Shown in pieces: positions 40,854 to 50,306 of a stretch of DNA of 64,000 nucleotides. Below the pieces are notes generated by a model. The model was given only the letters and a program-made list of their open reading frames with translations, had not been told where the DNA came from and ran no database searches. This DNA comes from a virus, in the IMG/VR virus record IMGVR_UViG_3300020392_000011, positions 4,634 to 68,633 of that record; one strand, 5' to 3'. Within the stretch, counting starts at the first letter, position 1. Every line of letters starts with the position of its first letter. The translations under genes and the position numbers were made by a program.

Positions 40854-41020
40854 TAATAAAATCAAATGACGAAATGTTAAAAAGAGAAATTGCAGAAATG
40901 CAAAAACAAGTACACGATTTACAAATGAGAGTGATGGAATTGCAAGACGAAAACATTGAACTCAAAAGGAAAGCTAAATTATTAGATGATTTAGTATATG
41001 ATAGGTTAATGACAAAATGA
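40850..41020 (+). CDS. Small coiled-coil hypothetical protein (56 aa)
   Basis: Overlapping ATGA junctions with gp44 and gp62; not in the ORF track. Confidence 0.6.
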   Translation: MIIKSNDEMLKREIAEMQKQVHDLQMRVMELQDENIELKRKAKLLDDLVYDRLMTK

Positions 41021-41400
41021 ATCCATTTGACTTTTTAAAATCTATTAACACAACCAAAAAGAATATTATGGTTGATGATATTATAGAAAAAGAGTATAAT
41101 GCATTTATCATTAATAGAGGACTATCGTTTTTCCCAGATACTATTCTTTACGCTAACGAGATGAATCTAAACCATCATCTAGATAGTCGGCTTCAATATG
41201 ATTTTCTTATAAATATAATTAAGAAAAAGAAAAGGTTTACAAAGTGGGTAAAGCCACAAGAGATAGCCAATCTTGAAATAGTAAAAGAATACTATGGATA
41301 TAGCGATGAAAAAGCTAAATCCGTATTGTCATTACTTAATAATGAACAAATAGAAGAATTGAACAGAAGGATTTATAAAGGTGGAAAACGAAAGTATTGA
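41017..41400 (+). CDS. gp62: Clamp loader small subunit
   Basis: MNPFDFLKSIN, FIINRGLS, ANEMN, KEYYGYS. Confidence 0.93.
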   Translation: MNPFDFLKSINTTKKNIMVDDIIEKEYNAFIINRGLSFFPDTILYANEMNLNHHLDSRLQYDFLINIIKKKKRFTKWVKPQEIANLEIVKEYYGYSDEKAKSVLSLLNNEQIEELNRRIYKGGKRKY

Positions 41401-41818
41401 AGTAAAGAATTGGTCTCCAGCAGATATGTTGGAAGTATCATTAAACGAACCTGACGATTTTCTTAAAATCAGAGAGACTCTAACACGTATCGGAGTCGCA
41501 TCAAGAAAAGATCAGAAATTATACCAGTCATGTCACATATTGCACAAACAAGGAAGATATTTCATTGTGCATTTTAAAGAATTATTCTTATTAGATGGTA
41601 AGCCATCTAATCTTGTGGAAAATGACCTAGAAAGAAGGAACACAATTGCTACACTTCTTGCTGACTGGGGCTTAGTAAATATGGTAAACTCAGAGACTGC
41701 AAAAAGTCTAGCACCATTGAGGCAGATAAAGGTAATACCTTTTAAAGAAAAAGCCCATTGGGAACTGTGTCCTAAATACAACATAGGAAACAGTAATGCT
41801 AAAGAAGATAACACATAA
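41381..41818 (+). CDS. regA: Translational repressor RegA
   Basis: DDFLKIRETLTRIG, QSCHILHKQGRYFIVHFKELF. Confidence 0.97.
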   Translation: MENESIEVKNWSPADMLEVSLNEPDDFLKIRETLTRIGVASRKDQKLYQSCHILHKQGRYFIVHFKELFLLDGKPSNLVENDLERRNTIATLLADWGLVNMVNSETAKSLAPLRQIKVIPFKEKAHWELCPKYNIGNSNAKEDNT

Positions 41819-41897
41819 AATATTTAACAAATTTCATAAGCTTATGAAATCTGGGCGAATACCAAAAGTTTGTAAAAAATTTGGTGTCGCAAAATAA
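41796..41897 (+). CDS. Small basic hypothetical peptide (33 aa)
   Basis: AGGA RBS; MLKKITHKIFNKFHKLMKSGR...; fills the gap after regA. Confidence 0.4.
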   Translation: MLKKITHKIFNKFHKLMKSGRIPKVCKKFGVAK

Positions 41898-41942
41898 TAC
41901 AGGTTTTTATTGACTTACAAATTAAACTTGTATAAATAATAT

Positions 41943-42003
41943 TAGGATGTCGCATTGGGCGAGTCCTATTAACCTTGCTAAATTATAGGAGGAAAGCAAA
42001 ATG
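41943..42003 (+). promoter_or_regulatory. ROSE-like RNA thermometer in the hsp20 leader
   Basis: 5' hairpin TAGGA..TCGC/GCGA..TCCTA, then CCTTGCT pairing with the SD AGGAGG with a bulged G. Confidence 0.65.
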
Positions 42004-42456
42004 GTAAGAACTAACTTGAACGTACCTCGTTCACTATTCGTAGGATTCGAAGGTTTATTCGATGAACTAGAAAGAATCCACACTTCAGCTCGATCCGGTT
42101 CGGATAATTATCCACCTCACAATATTGTGAAGATCGATGATGAGAAATTCTTAATTGAGATGGCAATTGCCGGATTCACAAAAGAAGAAATCGCACTAGA
42201 AGTAAAAGATGGAATTCTAAAGATTACGGGTAACCGTGAATCTGATGATAGGGAATATGCGTGGAAAGGTATTTCATCCCGCAAATTTGAGAAGAGCTTC
42301 CGTCTCTCAGAATTTGTCGTAATAGATGGTGCCGACTTAGAGAATGGAATACTCGTGGTGTATGCCAGAGTTGAACTTCCAGAAGAGAGGCGTCCTAGGA
42401 AGATCGAAATAGGGTCTGCTGGGGCATCAAAGAAAAAATCTTTTTTGAAAGGCTAG
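42001..42456 (+). CDS. hsp20: Small heat-shock protein (IbpA/Hsp20)
   Basis: NYPPHNI, IEMAIAGF, GISSRKF, ADLENGIL. Confidence 0.95.
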   Translation: MVRTNLNVPRSLFVGFEGLFDELERIHTSARSGSDNYPPHNIVKIDDEKFLIEMAIAGFTKEEIALEVKDGILKITGNRESDDREYAWKGISSRKFEKSFRLSEFVVIDGADLENGILVVYARVELPEERRPRKIEIGSAGASKKKSFLKG

Positions 42457-42508
42457 TATCAGCGAACACTCAGTAGATTAGTATAAACTTTTTTACTGGA
42501 GAACAGCT

Positions 42509-42649
42509 ATGAAACATATTATATTGTTTATGAATAAGTATGAAGATTTAGCAGAGACCCTTGGTGGATTAATTATAATGGCATTGACGGCAGGAGCAAT
42601 TTTAGGATTAGCACCAATGTTAATGTGGTTAGAAATCAATTCCAGGTAA
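42509..42649 (+). CDS. Small membrane protein (46 aa)
   Basis: GGAG RBS; hydrophobic LGGLIIMALTAGAILGLAPMLMWL; followed by a terminator; not in the ORF track. Confidence 0.65.
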   Translation: MKHIILFMNKYEDLAETLGGLIIMALTAGAILGLAPMLMWLEINSR

Positions 42650-42664
42650 CTCTACTATTCATGC

Positions 42665-42692
42665 GGGGGTAAGAAATTACCCCCATTTTTTT
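42665..42692 (+). terminator. Rho-independent terminator
   Basis: GGGGGTAA-GAAA-TTACCCCC followed by ATTTTTTT. Confidence 0.9.
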
Positions 42693-42703
42693 GCATAAAA
42701 CAC

Positions 42704-42731
42704 TGTACATTTTAGTTGAACCTGGTATAAT
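42704..42731 (+). promoter_or_regulatory. Early/middle promoter driving the putative ncRNA
   Basis: TGTACA-N16-TATAAT with TGG extension. Confidence 0.75.
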
Positions 42732-42738
42732 AGTCTAT

Positions 42739-43024
42739 AGGAATCGAGGAAAAGCTGTAGATGGATGGTTGATGTGAAGCTTTATCGAAACTCCTGGTTA
42801 TAACTGATTTAAAATCAATTAAGACGTGAAATATTGTGTTGAGGTTATAACAGAAGGAAACAATGAAGTATCTGAAATTCTTGGAGTGAGTTGGGACGAT
42901 ATGGAAAACGAGATTCTTTATGGTGGCTGCTATCCACCTAAAAAAATTCAGGTAAGGCCTGACCTAGAAGGACACGCTGTAGAAAATGGGATTCCCAGAA
43001 TTGAAACACAAAAAACTCCACTTA
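42739..43024 (+). ncRNA. Putative structured non-coding RNA (~290 nt)
   Basis: Own promoter, several nested stems, no ORF with both a good RBS and real length. Confidence 0.5.
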
Positions 43025-43028
43025 ACAC

Positions 43029-43057
43029 TGTACATTATGACTGAACTATGGTATAAT
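43029..43057 (+). promoter_or_regulatory. Early/middle promoter for gp43
   Basis: TGTACA-N17-TATAAT. Confidence 0.8.
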
Positions 43058-43083
43058 AGATACTATTACAAGGTGACACTTAT

Positions 43084-45606
43084 ATGATGAAATTTTACAC
43101 AAATGTATCGCGATATGGAAACATGTTGCTATATCGTGGTTATGAGAATGGAAAAAAAATCCAACAAAAAGTAAAATACGCACCTACACTTTATGTATCA
43201 ACGAATCGACCTACTAATTGGAAAGCCTTAGACGGAACTCCAGTTGGTGAAGTTAATTTTGATTCTATGCGTGAAGCTAATGAATGGGTATCGCGTAACA
43301 AACATGTAGCTGGTAGAGATATCTTTGGTAACACTCGTTACATATCAGCATTTATTAACGAACAATTTCCTGGACATATTGAGTTTAATCGTAACTTAAT
43401 TAATGTAACTACAATCGATATCGAGGTTCAATCTGATGATGGTTTTCCAGAGCCAGAGCGTGCCGATAATGTAATTACAGCTATTACAATTAAAAATAAT
43501 ATTGACAACACATACTATGTCTGGGGCCTAGGCAGTTACGATACTGAAAAATCGCTAATGAAAACACACAGAGTTGTGTATAAAAAGTTTGATACAGAAG
43601 CAAACTTACTTATTGATTTTGTAACTCATTGGTCACAACCTTCACAATGTCCAGATGTAATTACTGGTTGGAACACAAGGTTCTTCGATATACCATACTT
43701 AATTAATCGTATATCTAAACTAATTGGTGAAGTATATGCTAAAAGATTATCGCCATGGGGAATGGTCGAACGAAGAGAAATAACCAAACAGGGTAGAACA
43801 CAAGTTGCCTATGAATTAAAAGGTATTTCTATGATGGATTATATGGAACTATTCATTAAGTTTGGTTACTCATACGGTGCACAAGAATCATACAGATTAG
43901 ATCATATTGCCAATGTTGTTCTTGGTGAGAAAAAGTTATCTTACGAAGAGCATGGTAGTTTATTCTCACTTTATAAAAACGACTTCCAAAAGTTTATTGA
44001 TTATAATATTAAAGACGTAGAGTTAGTTGATAGACTAGAAGATAAAATGGGATTAATTACTTTGGCCATGACTATCGCTTATAAAGGCGGTGTCAATTAC
44101 CAAGACACTTTTGGTACTACTGCAATCTGGGATACTATTATTTACCGTAAGTTGCACGAAAATAAAATCGTAGTACCATTCTCAGAAGATAAAACCAAAT
44201 CCAGTTATCCTGGCGGATATGTAAAAGATCCACATGTCGGGATACATGATAATGTGGTCAGCTTCGACCTCAACTCGCTATATCCGTCTATTATTATGCA
44301 ATATAATATGTCACCTGAAACGATTGCGGAAGGCGAAGTCACCAAAGTTGATATCGAAGCTGTACTCACACATTCACAAAAACTCGACAATAAAGGCAAA
44401 GCACTTGCCGCCAACGGCCAATACTTTAATACAAATAAAGTTGGTATTGTTCCAATGATTATTGACGAGATGTATAACGAAAGAGTTGGTATAAAACAAC
44501 AAATGATTACCGCTCAAAAAGCTAAAGAAAAGGTAGATAAAAATGATAAACAAGAACTATATAAAATTGAAAGAGATATATCAATCGCTGAGAATAGACA
44601 AATGGCCATTAAGATTCTTCTTAACTCTCTTTATGGCGCTATGGGCAACAAATACTTTCGTTTCTTCGACCAACGAATTGCAGAAGCCATTACTCTTACC
44701 GGACAGCTTACTATACGATGGGCCGAATATGCACTCAATGCCCATCTCAACAAAGCATTGCGACATAATAATACATACAAAGACTTCGTACTGGCCATCG
44801 ACACTGACAGTTTGTATGTTTGCCTAGATGATATTGTTAAAGCTATTAAACCAGATAACCCTATTGATTTTTTAGATAAAGTCTGTGAGAAAGATTTAGA
44901 GCCAGTATTATCTAAATCATATGACCAATTATACAATATTCTTGGCGGTATAGATAATAGGATGGTTATGAAACGAGAAGCTATTGCGGATCGTGGTCTC
45001 TGGACAGCTAAGAAAAGATATATTCTAAATGTACACGATAACGAAGGCGTAAGATATAAAACACCTAAACTAAAAATTATGGGTATTGAAGCTATTAAAT
45101 CTTCGACACCAGAGCCATGTCGTGATGCACTAAAAGAAATATTTAAAGTTATTATTTCTGGCTCAGAAGCAGAAACACAAAAAGCTATTAATCAATTTAA
45201 AGAACACTTTAATACTTTACCTCCACATAAGATTGCATTCCCACGAGGTATATCAAAAGTAAGTACATTTAAAGGCACTGATGGTATCTATAAAAAAGGT
45301 ACACCAATACATGTACGAGGTGCATTATTGTATAATAGCCAAATAAATGACTTATCATTAAATAAAAAGTACACAAAAATACAAAATGGCGAAAAGATTA
45401 AATTCGTCTATTTGAAAAAACCTAATCGTATACATGAAAATGTAATTGCATTCCCTGATTACTTACCAGAAGAATTTAACTTACATAAGTATATTGATTA
45501 TGACTTACAGTTCCAAAAAACATTTCTGGATCCTATCGATCCGATACTATCAGCAGTAGGCTGGTCATCGGAAGAGATATCTACCCTGGAGGATTTCTTT
45601 GGATAA
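43084..45606 (+). CDS. gp43: Family B DNA polymerase
   Basis: DIE exonuclease motif, [31 protein letters not shown]; C-terminal clamp peptide TLEDFFG. Confidence 0.98.
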   Translation: MMKFYTNVSRYGNMLLYRGYENGKKIQQKVKYAPTLYVSTNRPTNWKALDGTPVGEVNFDSMREANEWVSRNKHVAGRDIFGNTRYISAFINEQFPGHIEFNRNLINVTTIDIEVQSDDGFPEPERADNVITAITIKNNIDNTYYVWGLGSYDTEKSLMKTHRVVYKKFDTEANLLIDFVTHWSQPSQCPDVITGWNTRFFDIPYLINRISKLIGEVYAKRLSPWGMVERREITKQGRTQVAYELKGISMMDYMELFIKFGYSYGAQESYRLDHIANVVLGEKKLSYEEHGSLFSLYKNDFQKFIDYNIKDVELVDRLEDKMGLITLAMTIAYKGGVNYQDTFGTTAIWDTIIYRKLHENKIVVPFSEDKTKSSYPGGYVKDPHVGIHDNVVSFDLNSLYPSIIMQYNMSPETIAEGEVTKVDIEAVLTHSQKLDNKGKALAANGQYFNTNKVGIVPMIIDEMYNERVGIKQQMITAQKAKEKVDKNDKQELYKIERDISIAENRQMAIKILLNSLYGAMGNKYFRFFDQRIAEAITLTGQLTIRWAEYALNAHLNKALRHNNTYKDFVLAIDTDSLYVCLDDIVKAIKPDNPIDFLDKVCEKDLEPVLSKSYDQLYNILGGIDNRMVMKREAIADRGLWTAKKRYILNVHDNEGVRYKTPKLKIMGIEAIKSSTPEPCRDALKEIFKVIISGSEAETQKAINQFKEHFNTLPPHKIAFPRGISKVSTFKGTDGIYKKGTPIHVRGALLYNSQINDLSLNKKYTKIQNGEKIKFVYLKKPNRIHENVIAFPDYLPEEFNLHKYIDYDLQFQKTFLDPIDPILSAVGWSSEEISTLEDFFG

Positions 45607-45610
45607 ACAC

Positions 45611-45639
45611 TGTACATTTAAACTTGAATATGGTATAAT
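45611..45639 (+). promoter_or_regulatory. Early/middle promoter
   Basis: TGTACA-N17-TATAAT. Confidence 0.8.
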
Positions 45640-45660
45640 AGTACCTACGGAGAAACAAAA

Positions 45661-45951
45661 ATGAAATTAGTAAGATTAGTGTCCGGCGAAGAAATTGTCG
45701 GAGATGTAGTAGAAAATAAAGATGGTAGTTATACTATCAGCAATGCATTTAATTTATTGCCAGGCGGTGAAGGTAAAATACAATTCATTCCATTTATGGC
45801 ATACACAGAAGCACATGCTGGTGTAACACTTAAAGCTGAACATGTTTTATTTGCAGTTAAACCAATTGCACAATTAGTAGAACAAATCAGTAATATAAAA
45901 AGACAATTAGATAGCGGAATTGTAGTACCAGAACAGAAGATAGTAACATGA
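45661..45951 (+). CDS. Conserved hypothetical protein (Sm-like)
   Basis: KLVRLVSGEEIVG...FIPFMAY; GGAG RBS. Confidence 0.65.
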   Translation: MKLVRLVSGEEIVGDVVENKDGSYTISNAFNLLPGGEGKIQFIPFMAYTEAHAGVTLKAEHVLFAVKPIAQLVEQISNIKRQLDSGIVVPEQKIVT

Positions 45952-46349
45952 GTATAGATTGGGTAGAAGATATCCATAAGATGCAAACAAAATATAAGAC
46001 TCGTGAATGGGTTGAAAATAATCCAGACAAGTTAAGAGCCTTTTTAGAGTTTAGAATAGACTTCCTAAGGGAAGAACTAGATGAAACAGAAGCTGCATTA
46101 TGTAATATGGATTCAGAAGAAATCGTTGATGGTCTTATAGATCTATGCGTTGTTGCAATTGGAACACTCGATGCATTTGACATCGATCCATATACAGCAT
46201 GGGACGAAGTACTTAAAGCAAATATGAAAAAAGAAGTTGGCAAAAAATCAACAAGGCCTAATCCATTAGGTGTACCTGATTTAGTAAAGCCAGATGACTG
46301 GGAGGCTCCATCACACAAAGGTAATTATGGTAAGTTTGACAATATTTGA
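45948..46349 (+). CDS. All-alpha NTP pyrophosphohydrolase (MazG/PRA-PH-like)
   Basis: FLREELDE, EIVDGLIDL, WDEVLKANMKK, DLVKPDDWEAP. Confidence 0.8.
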   Translation: MSIDWVEDIHKMQTKYKTREWVENNPDKLRAFLEFRIDFLREELDETEAALCNMDSEEIVDGLIDLCVVAIGTLDAFDIDPYTAWDEVLKANMKKEVGKKSTRPNPLGVPDLVKPDDWEAPSHKGNYGKFDNI

Positions 46350-47244
46350 TTCGATATACGATAACAAAACAGAAAAGCGTATGGATTATACTTCATTCGA
46401 TGAGTTTGAAAAAGTATTATATAGCTTATCTAAATCTAAAAAATATCCAAACAAAAAAGATGCACCACTTATATCTCCAGCTACATACGTAGCAGATACA
46501 ACCAGAGCAAACGCACATGTCGTTAACTGGGCATCATGGGCAGCAATTGATGTCGATGATTATGAAGGCGATATAAAAGATATTGAAGCAAAGTATTCTA
46601 AATACAAATATGTTTGTTACTCTACAGCATCATCAACCAAAGAAAATCCAAAGTTTCGTTTAGTATTTCCACTTACAAAAGAAGTAGAAGCTGGTAATAT
46701 TAAACATTTTTGGTTTGCTTTAAATAAAGAAATAGGCGATATTGGCGATGCACAAACAAAAGATTTATCTCGTATGTATTATATTCCAGCTAAATATAAG
46801 AAAGCATTTAACTTTATTTTTTCACATGATGGTGCAATAATAGATCCAGATGCTCTAATGGAAAAACATAAGTATGTAGTACCAAACGAATCTTTCTTTG
46901 ACAAATTACCAGAAGCAATTAAGAAAGGTTTAATCGAACATCGTAAAGGTCAATTAAATAATAAAAACTATACTTGGACAGGCTATGCAGATTGTCCATT
47001 TATGAATAAAACACAAGTTGAAGAATATAAAGCAATTCAAGGTTCAGGCTGGTATGCTAAAATGTATCAGATTATGGTATCTACAGCTGGTAATGCAATG
47101 TCCAGAGGCTATCCAATTACTGCAAAAGAAATAGAATATCTTTGTAGAGATTTAGATAACGATACTGGTGGCTGGTATCACAAACGTGATTTTGCTAGAG
47201 AGGCCGAACGAGCTATTGAATTTGTATTTAGGAATAACTTGTAG
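46327..47244 (+). CDS. AEP-superfamily primase(-polymerase)-like protein
   Basis: AAIDVDD, YSTASS, KFRLVFPL, DLSRMYYIP; helical C-terminal domain. Confidence 0.75.
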   Translation: MVSLTIFDSIYDNKTEKRMDYTSFDEFEKVLYSLSKSKKYPNKKDAPLISPATYVADTTRANAHVVNWASWAAIDVDDYEGDIKDIEAKYSKYKYVCYSTASSTKENPKFRLVFPLTKEVEAGNIKHFWFALNKEIGDIGDAQTKDLSRMYYIPAKYKKAFNFIFSHDGAIIDPDALMEKHKYVVPNESFFDKLPEAIKKGLIEHRKGQLNNKNYTWTGYADCPFMNKTQVEEYKAIQGSGWYAKMYQIMVSTAGNAMSRGYPITAKEIEYLCRDLDNDTGGWYHKRDFAREAERAIEFVFRNNL

Positions 47245-47252
47245 GAGATAAT

Positions 47253-47768
47253 ATGGAAAAATGGTTTTATGATAATGTATTAAAGATAGCTATGATAATT
47301 AGTATGCCTTTAATGTTAGCGTTTTTAACTCAAGAGATGAAAGCATCGGACGCAAATATGGACAGATATTGCATGGCTCAGAACATTTACTTTGAAGCTG
47401 CAAATCAATCATTTGCTGGTAAATTAGCTGTAGCTCATGTTGTTATAAATAGAACAGAGGACTTGCAATTTCCTAATGAAATTTGTGATGTAATATATCA
47501 AGCAAAAACTAAAGTTAATTGGAAAGGAAATGTAGTCCCAATTAGAAATCAATGCCAATTTAGTTGGTATTGTGATGGGTTATCTGATGAGCCAGTCGAC
47601 TCAGTAACATGGATAAAATCTTTGCGTATTGCAGACCTAGTTCTAACGGGTGAATATAAAGATATCACTGAAGGAGCTCTTTGGTATCATGCAGACTACA
47701 TTTATCCATATTGGGCAGATGAATTGGAAGAAGTAACTCAAATCGATAATCATCGATTTTATAAGTAA
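47253..47768 (+). CDS. SleB / Hydrolase_2 cell-wall hydrolase
   Basis: CMAQNIYFEA, VAHVVINR, CQFSWYCDG, GALWYHADY, HRFY; N-terminal hydrophobic anchor. Confidence 0.9.
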   Translation: MEKWFYDNVLKIAMIISMPLMLAFLTQEMKASDANMDRYCMAQNIYFEAANQSFAGKLAVAHVVINRTEDLQFPNEICDVIYQAKTKVNWKGNVVPIRNQCQFSWYCDGLSDEPVDSVTWIKSLRIADLVLTGEYKDITEGALWYHADYIYPYWADELEEVTQIDNHRFYK

Positions 47769-47776
47769 AGGAAAAT

Positions 47777-48199
47777 ATGTATAGATATAAAGTAGAAGTA
47801 ACAAGAGTCGTAGATGGCGATACAGTAGATGTTGATGTTGATTTAGGTTTTGGTATGGTTTACAAAAAACAAAGAGTAAGAATGATGGGTATAGATACTC
47901 CAGAGTCTCGTACTCGTAATTTAGAAGAAAAGTTTTATGGTAAAGCATCAAAGGCTAACTTAATTAAAATATTGGATGGTAAAGATATCCAAATGGTGTC
48001 ACATGATAAAGGTAAGTTTGGTAGAATACTTGGAGAGTTATTCATTGGAGATTCTAAGTATAGTATAAACCAACAACAGATTGATGAATTCCATGCTGTT
48101 CCTTATTATGGACAATCTAAAGATGATACCGAACAAGGTCATCTTTGGAACAGAGCTGCGCTAATTGAAAAAGATGGATTAATTTACGTTGCAAAATAG
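47777..48199 (+). CDS. Thermonuclease (SNase-like)
   Basis: RVVDGDTVD, RMMGIDTPE, GKFGRILG. Confidence 0.9.
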   Translation: MYRYKVEVTRVVDGDTVDVDVDLGFGMVYKKQRVRMMGIDTPESRTRNLEEKFYGKASKANLIKILDGKDIQMVSHDKGKFGRILGELFIGDSKYSINQQQIDEFHAVPYYGQSKDDTEQGHLWNRAALIEKDGLIYVAK

Positions 48200-48210
48200 C
48201 AAAATAATCC

Positions 48211-48239
48211 TGTACATTATTAATTAAACGTGGTATAAT
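48211..48239 (+). promoter_or_regulatory. Early/middle promoter heading the DNA-modification operon
   Basis: TGTACA-N17-TATAAT. Confidence 0.8.
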
Positions 48240-48263
48240 ATTACTAAATTATGGAGTATTGAT

Positions 48264-48644
48264 ATGAAAGAATCATTAAAAGTTTTACAAGAGTGTGCTG
48301 AACTACAGACAAAAAAATCTAACGATTATCAGAATCCAAATTCTAAGATAACTCAAGCAGATTATTATCCAAATGGTATTACTACCATTCACGACATTAT
48401 GCATGCAAAAATGCTAAGAATGTTGTCTGTTATGGAAGCAATGCAATCAGATGATTATAAACCAAACTTTGAATCACTCGAAGACTCAGGTAAAGATTTA
48501 ATTAATTATACATCATTTTTCGTTGCATATTGCAGACATGGCATTCCTGGCCAAGTCAAAAACAAAGATGTATTTAATAAACCAATAAATAAAGTACCAA
48601 CAGCTGGTGCTGCAATGTATAACGTCCAGGAAGAACATGAATAA
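48264..48644 (+). CDS. Nucleotide-modification-associated helical domain protein (Nmad1/DUF1599-like)
   Basis: KKSNDY...K.LR...ESLEDSGKDLINY pattern; adjacent to the TS-family gene. Confidence 0.6.
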   Translation: MKESLKVLQECAELQTKKSNDYQNPNSKITQADYYPNGITTIHDIMHAKMLRMLSVMEAMQSDDYKPNFESLEDSGKDLINYTSFFVAYCRHGIPGQVKNKDVFNKPINKVPTAGAAMYNVQEEHE

Positions 48645-49305
48645 TACTAAAGATATAGCTAAAATATTTGTTAATGCTCTTAATAACGAAGAGTATGTAA
48701 TCGATAAAACCGGTTGTAAAACTATTGAAATTATTGGTGCATCCTTTATTGCAGATGAACCTGCAATATTTGGTGAACCAAACGAAGACTATATAGAAAA
48801 AGAATTAATGTGGTACGAAAGACAATCAACTAATGTTTATGATATATACGGCCATGATAATCCACCAAAGGCTTGGCAATATTCTGCAAATAAACATGGT
48901 GAAATTAATTCTAATTATGGCCACTTAATTTATTCCAAAAAGTATTTTAAGCAATACGATAAAGTATTTAAAGAATTGCTTTCAAATCCAGACTCAAGAC
49001 GTGGCTCTATGATATATCAAAGACCAAGCATTTGGCATGAGTATAAAGAAAATGGTAAAAATGATTTTATCTGCACTAATGCTGTAACATATTATATTCG
49101 CGATAATAAATTACATTGCGTAGTTCAAATGCGTTCTAACGATGTGATATTCGGTTATCGTAATGATTTTGCTTGGCAAGAATATGTGTTAAGAAAATTA
49201 CAAGAAGACTTATACTACAATGGAATACATTGCGAATTAGGTGATATCCATTGGCAAGTACAAAACTTACATGTGTACGAGAGGCACTTTGATTTAGTCA
49301 AATGA
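48637..49305 (+). CDS. gp42: dCMP hydroxymethylase (thymidylate synthase superfamily)
   Basis: NSNYG, DSRR, DFICTN (catalytic Cys), MRSNDVIFGYRNDFAWQ closely matching T4 gp42 including the dCMP-specifying Asp; LHVYERHF. Confidence 0.88.
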   Translation: MNNTKDIAKIFVNALNNEEYVIDKTGCKTIEIIGASFIADEPAIFGEPNEDYIEKELMWYERQSTNVYDIYGHDNPPKAWQYSANKHGEINSNYGHLIYSKKYFKQYDKVFKELLSNPDSRRGSMIYQRPSIWHEYKENGKNDFICTNAVTYYIRDNKLHCVVQMRSNDVIFGYRNDFAWQEYVLRKLQEDLYYNGIHCELGDIHWQVQNLHVYERHFDLVK

Positions 49306-49598
49306 GTAAAATGTTTTATGGAAAATCTGATCCTTTTGTTAATGAAGATGAAAGAGGATATGCAGATGGCTCAATTAGAATACCAATAGGCAAAGATGTT
49401 GAAGTGTTTAAAGATGAATATGATGCTGACAAAAATATCCATTTTGTTATGTTCAAGTTTTGGAATGACATAGCCTTAAATGTTGAACATTGTTTATATA
49501 AAATAGATTGGAATACGCACCTTTTAACATCTTATATTAAGAATTCATATTTTGAATGGGAAGAGGATTCAGTTCAGAGGTTAAGTTTTTATGGATAA
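49302..49598 (+). CDS. Hypothetical protein in the modification operon
   Basis: 98-aa ORF overlapping both neighbours. Confidence 0.6.
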   Translation: MSKMFYGKSDPFVNEDERGYADGSIRIPIGKDVEVFKDEYDADKNIHFVMFKFWNDIALNVEHCLYKIDWNTHLLTSYIKNSYFEWEEDSVQRLSFYG

Positions 49599-50043
49599 AT
49601 GGGATAAGCGATGGTTCCAAATCGCAGAGGTAATTAGTTGGTGGTCGAAAGACCCAAGCACTAAAATAGCAGCTATAGCTGTCAAAGACAAAAGACTTAT
49701 ATCAACTGGGTATAATGGATTTCCTCGTGGTATTCAAGACACCGATGAACGATGGAATAATAAAGAAGAAAAATATAGAAGAGTTGTACATGCAGAAATG
49801 AATTGTATTTACAACGCAAACTATCATAACCAATCACTAAGAGGTGCAACTATGTATATTACTGGTTTACCTGTTTGTCATGAATGTGCAAAAGGTATTA
49901 TTCAAGTTGGTGTAAAAAGAGTGGTTGCAAAATATGATAGTGTACCAATGAAATGGTCAAAGAGTAATGAGATAACTGAAAATATGTTTAAAGAGGCAGG
50001 AGTAATTTATGACAAAGTTCGATCAAAAAGAAATAGAGAATAG
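49591..50043 (+). CDS. cd: dCMP deaminase
   Basis: SKDPST, GYNGFPRG, HAEMN, PVCHEC. Confidence 0.93.
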   Translation: MDKWDKRWFQIAEVISWWSKDPSTKIAAIAVKDKRLISTGYNGFPRGIQDTDERWNNKEEKYRRVVHAEMNCIYNANYHNQSLRGATMYITGLPVCHECAKGIIQVGVKRVVAKYDSVPMKWSKSNEITENMFKEAGVIYDKVRSKRNRE

Positions 50044-50305
50044 TAAAAGAATATTTAAATCAGCCACACCAAAATATACAATTGACTGGTATTTAAAATG
50101 GATAGCATCAGCTTTTGTTTTAGTAGCAATGTCAGTTAGAGGTGTTGAGGGTATGCAAATATATGATTTATACCTATCCATAGTGGGTATATTTTTATGG
50201 CTGATAGTATCAGTCTTATGGAAAGACAGAGCATTAATTATGCTAAACGGAGTAGGATTAATGTTTTTATTAAGAAATATAGCAGAGGCGACAGCTGGAG
50301 GATAA
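50009..50305 (+). CDS. Small multi-pass membrane protein
   Basis: Three hydrophobic segments; DWYLKW and WKDRALIMLN motifs. Confidence 0.65.
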   Translation: MTKFDQKEIENSKRIFKSATPKYTIDWYLKWIASAFVLVAMSVRGVEGMQIYDLYLSIVGIFLWLIVSVLWKDRALIMLNGVGLMFLLRNIAEATAGG

Positions 50306-50306
50306 T

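Noticed and set aside
42739-43024. RNase P, tmRNA or hammerhead identity for the structured RNA
   Set aside because: GAGGAAAAG and CTGAT are only partial look-alikes; there is no P4 pairing, tRNA-like end or complete catalytic core.
42826-43044. 72-aa GTG-start ORF
   Set aside because: No SD before the GTG, it runs through the gp43 promoter, and the region is better explained by RNA stems. Not fully excluded.
48637-49305. Ordinary thymidylate synthase (ThyA)
   Set aside because: It has the gp42-type GxRND motif with Asp, not the GLPFN motif of dUMP-specific enzymes.
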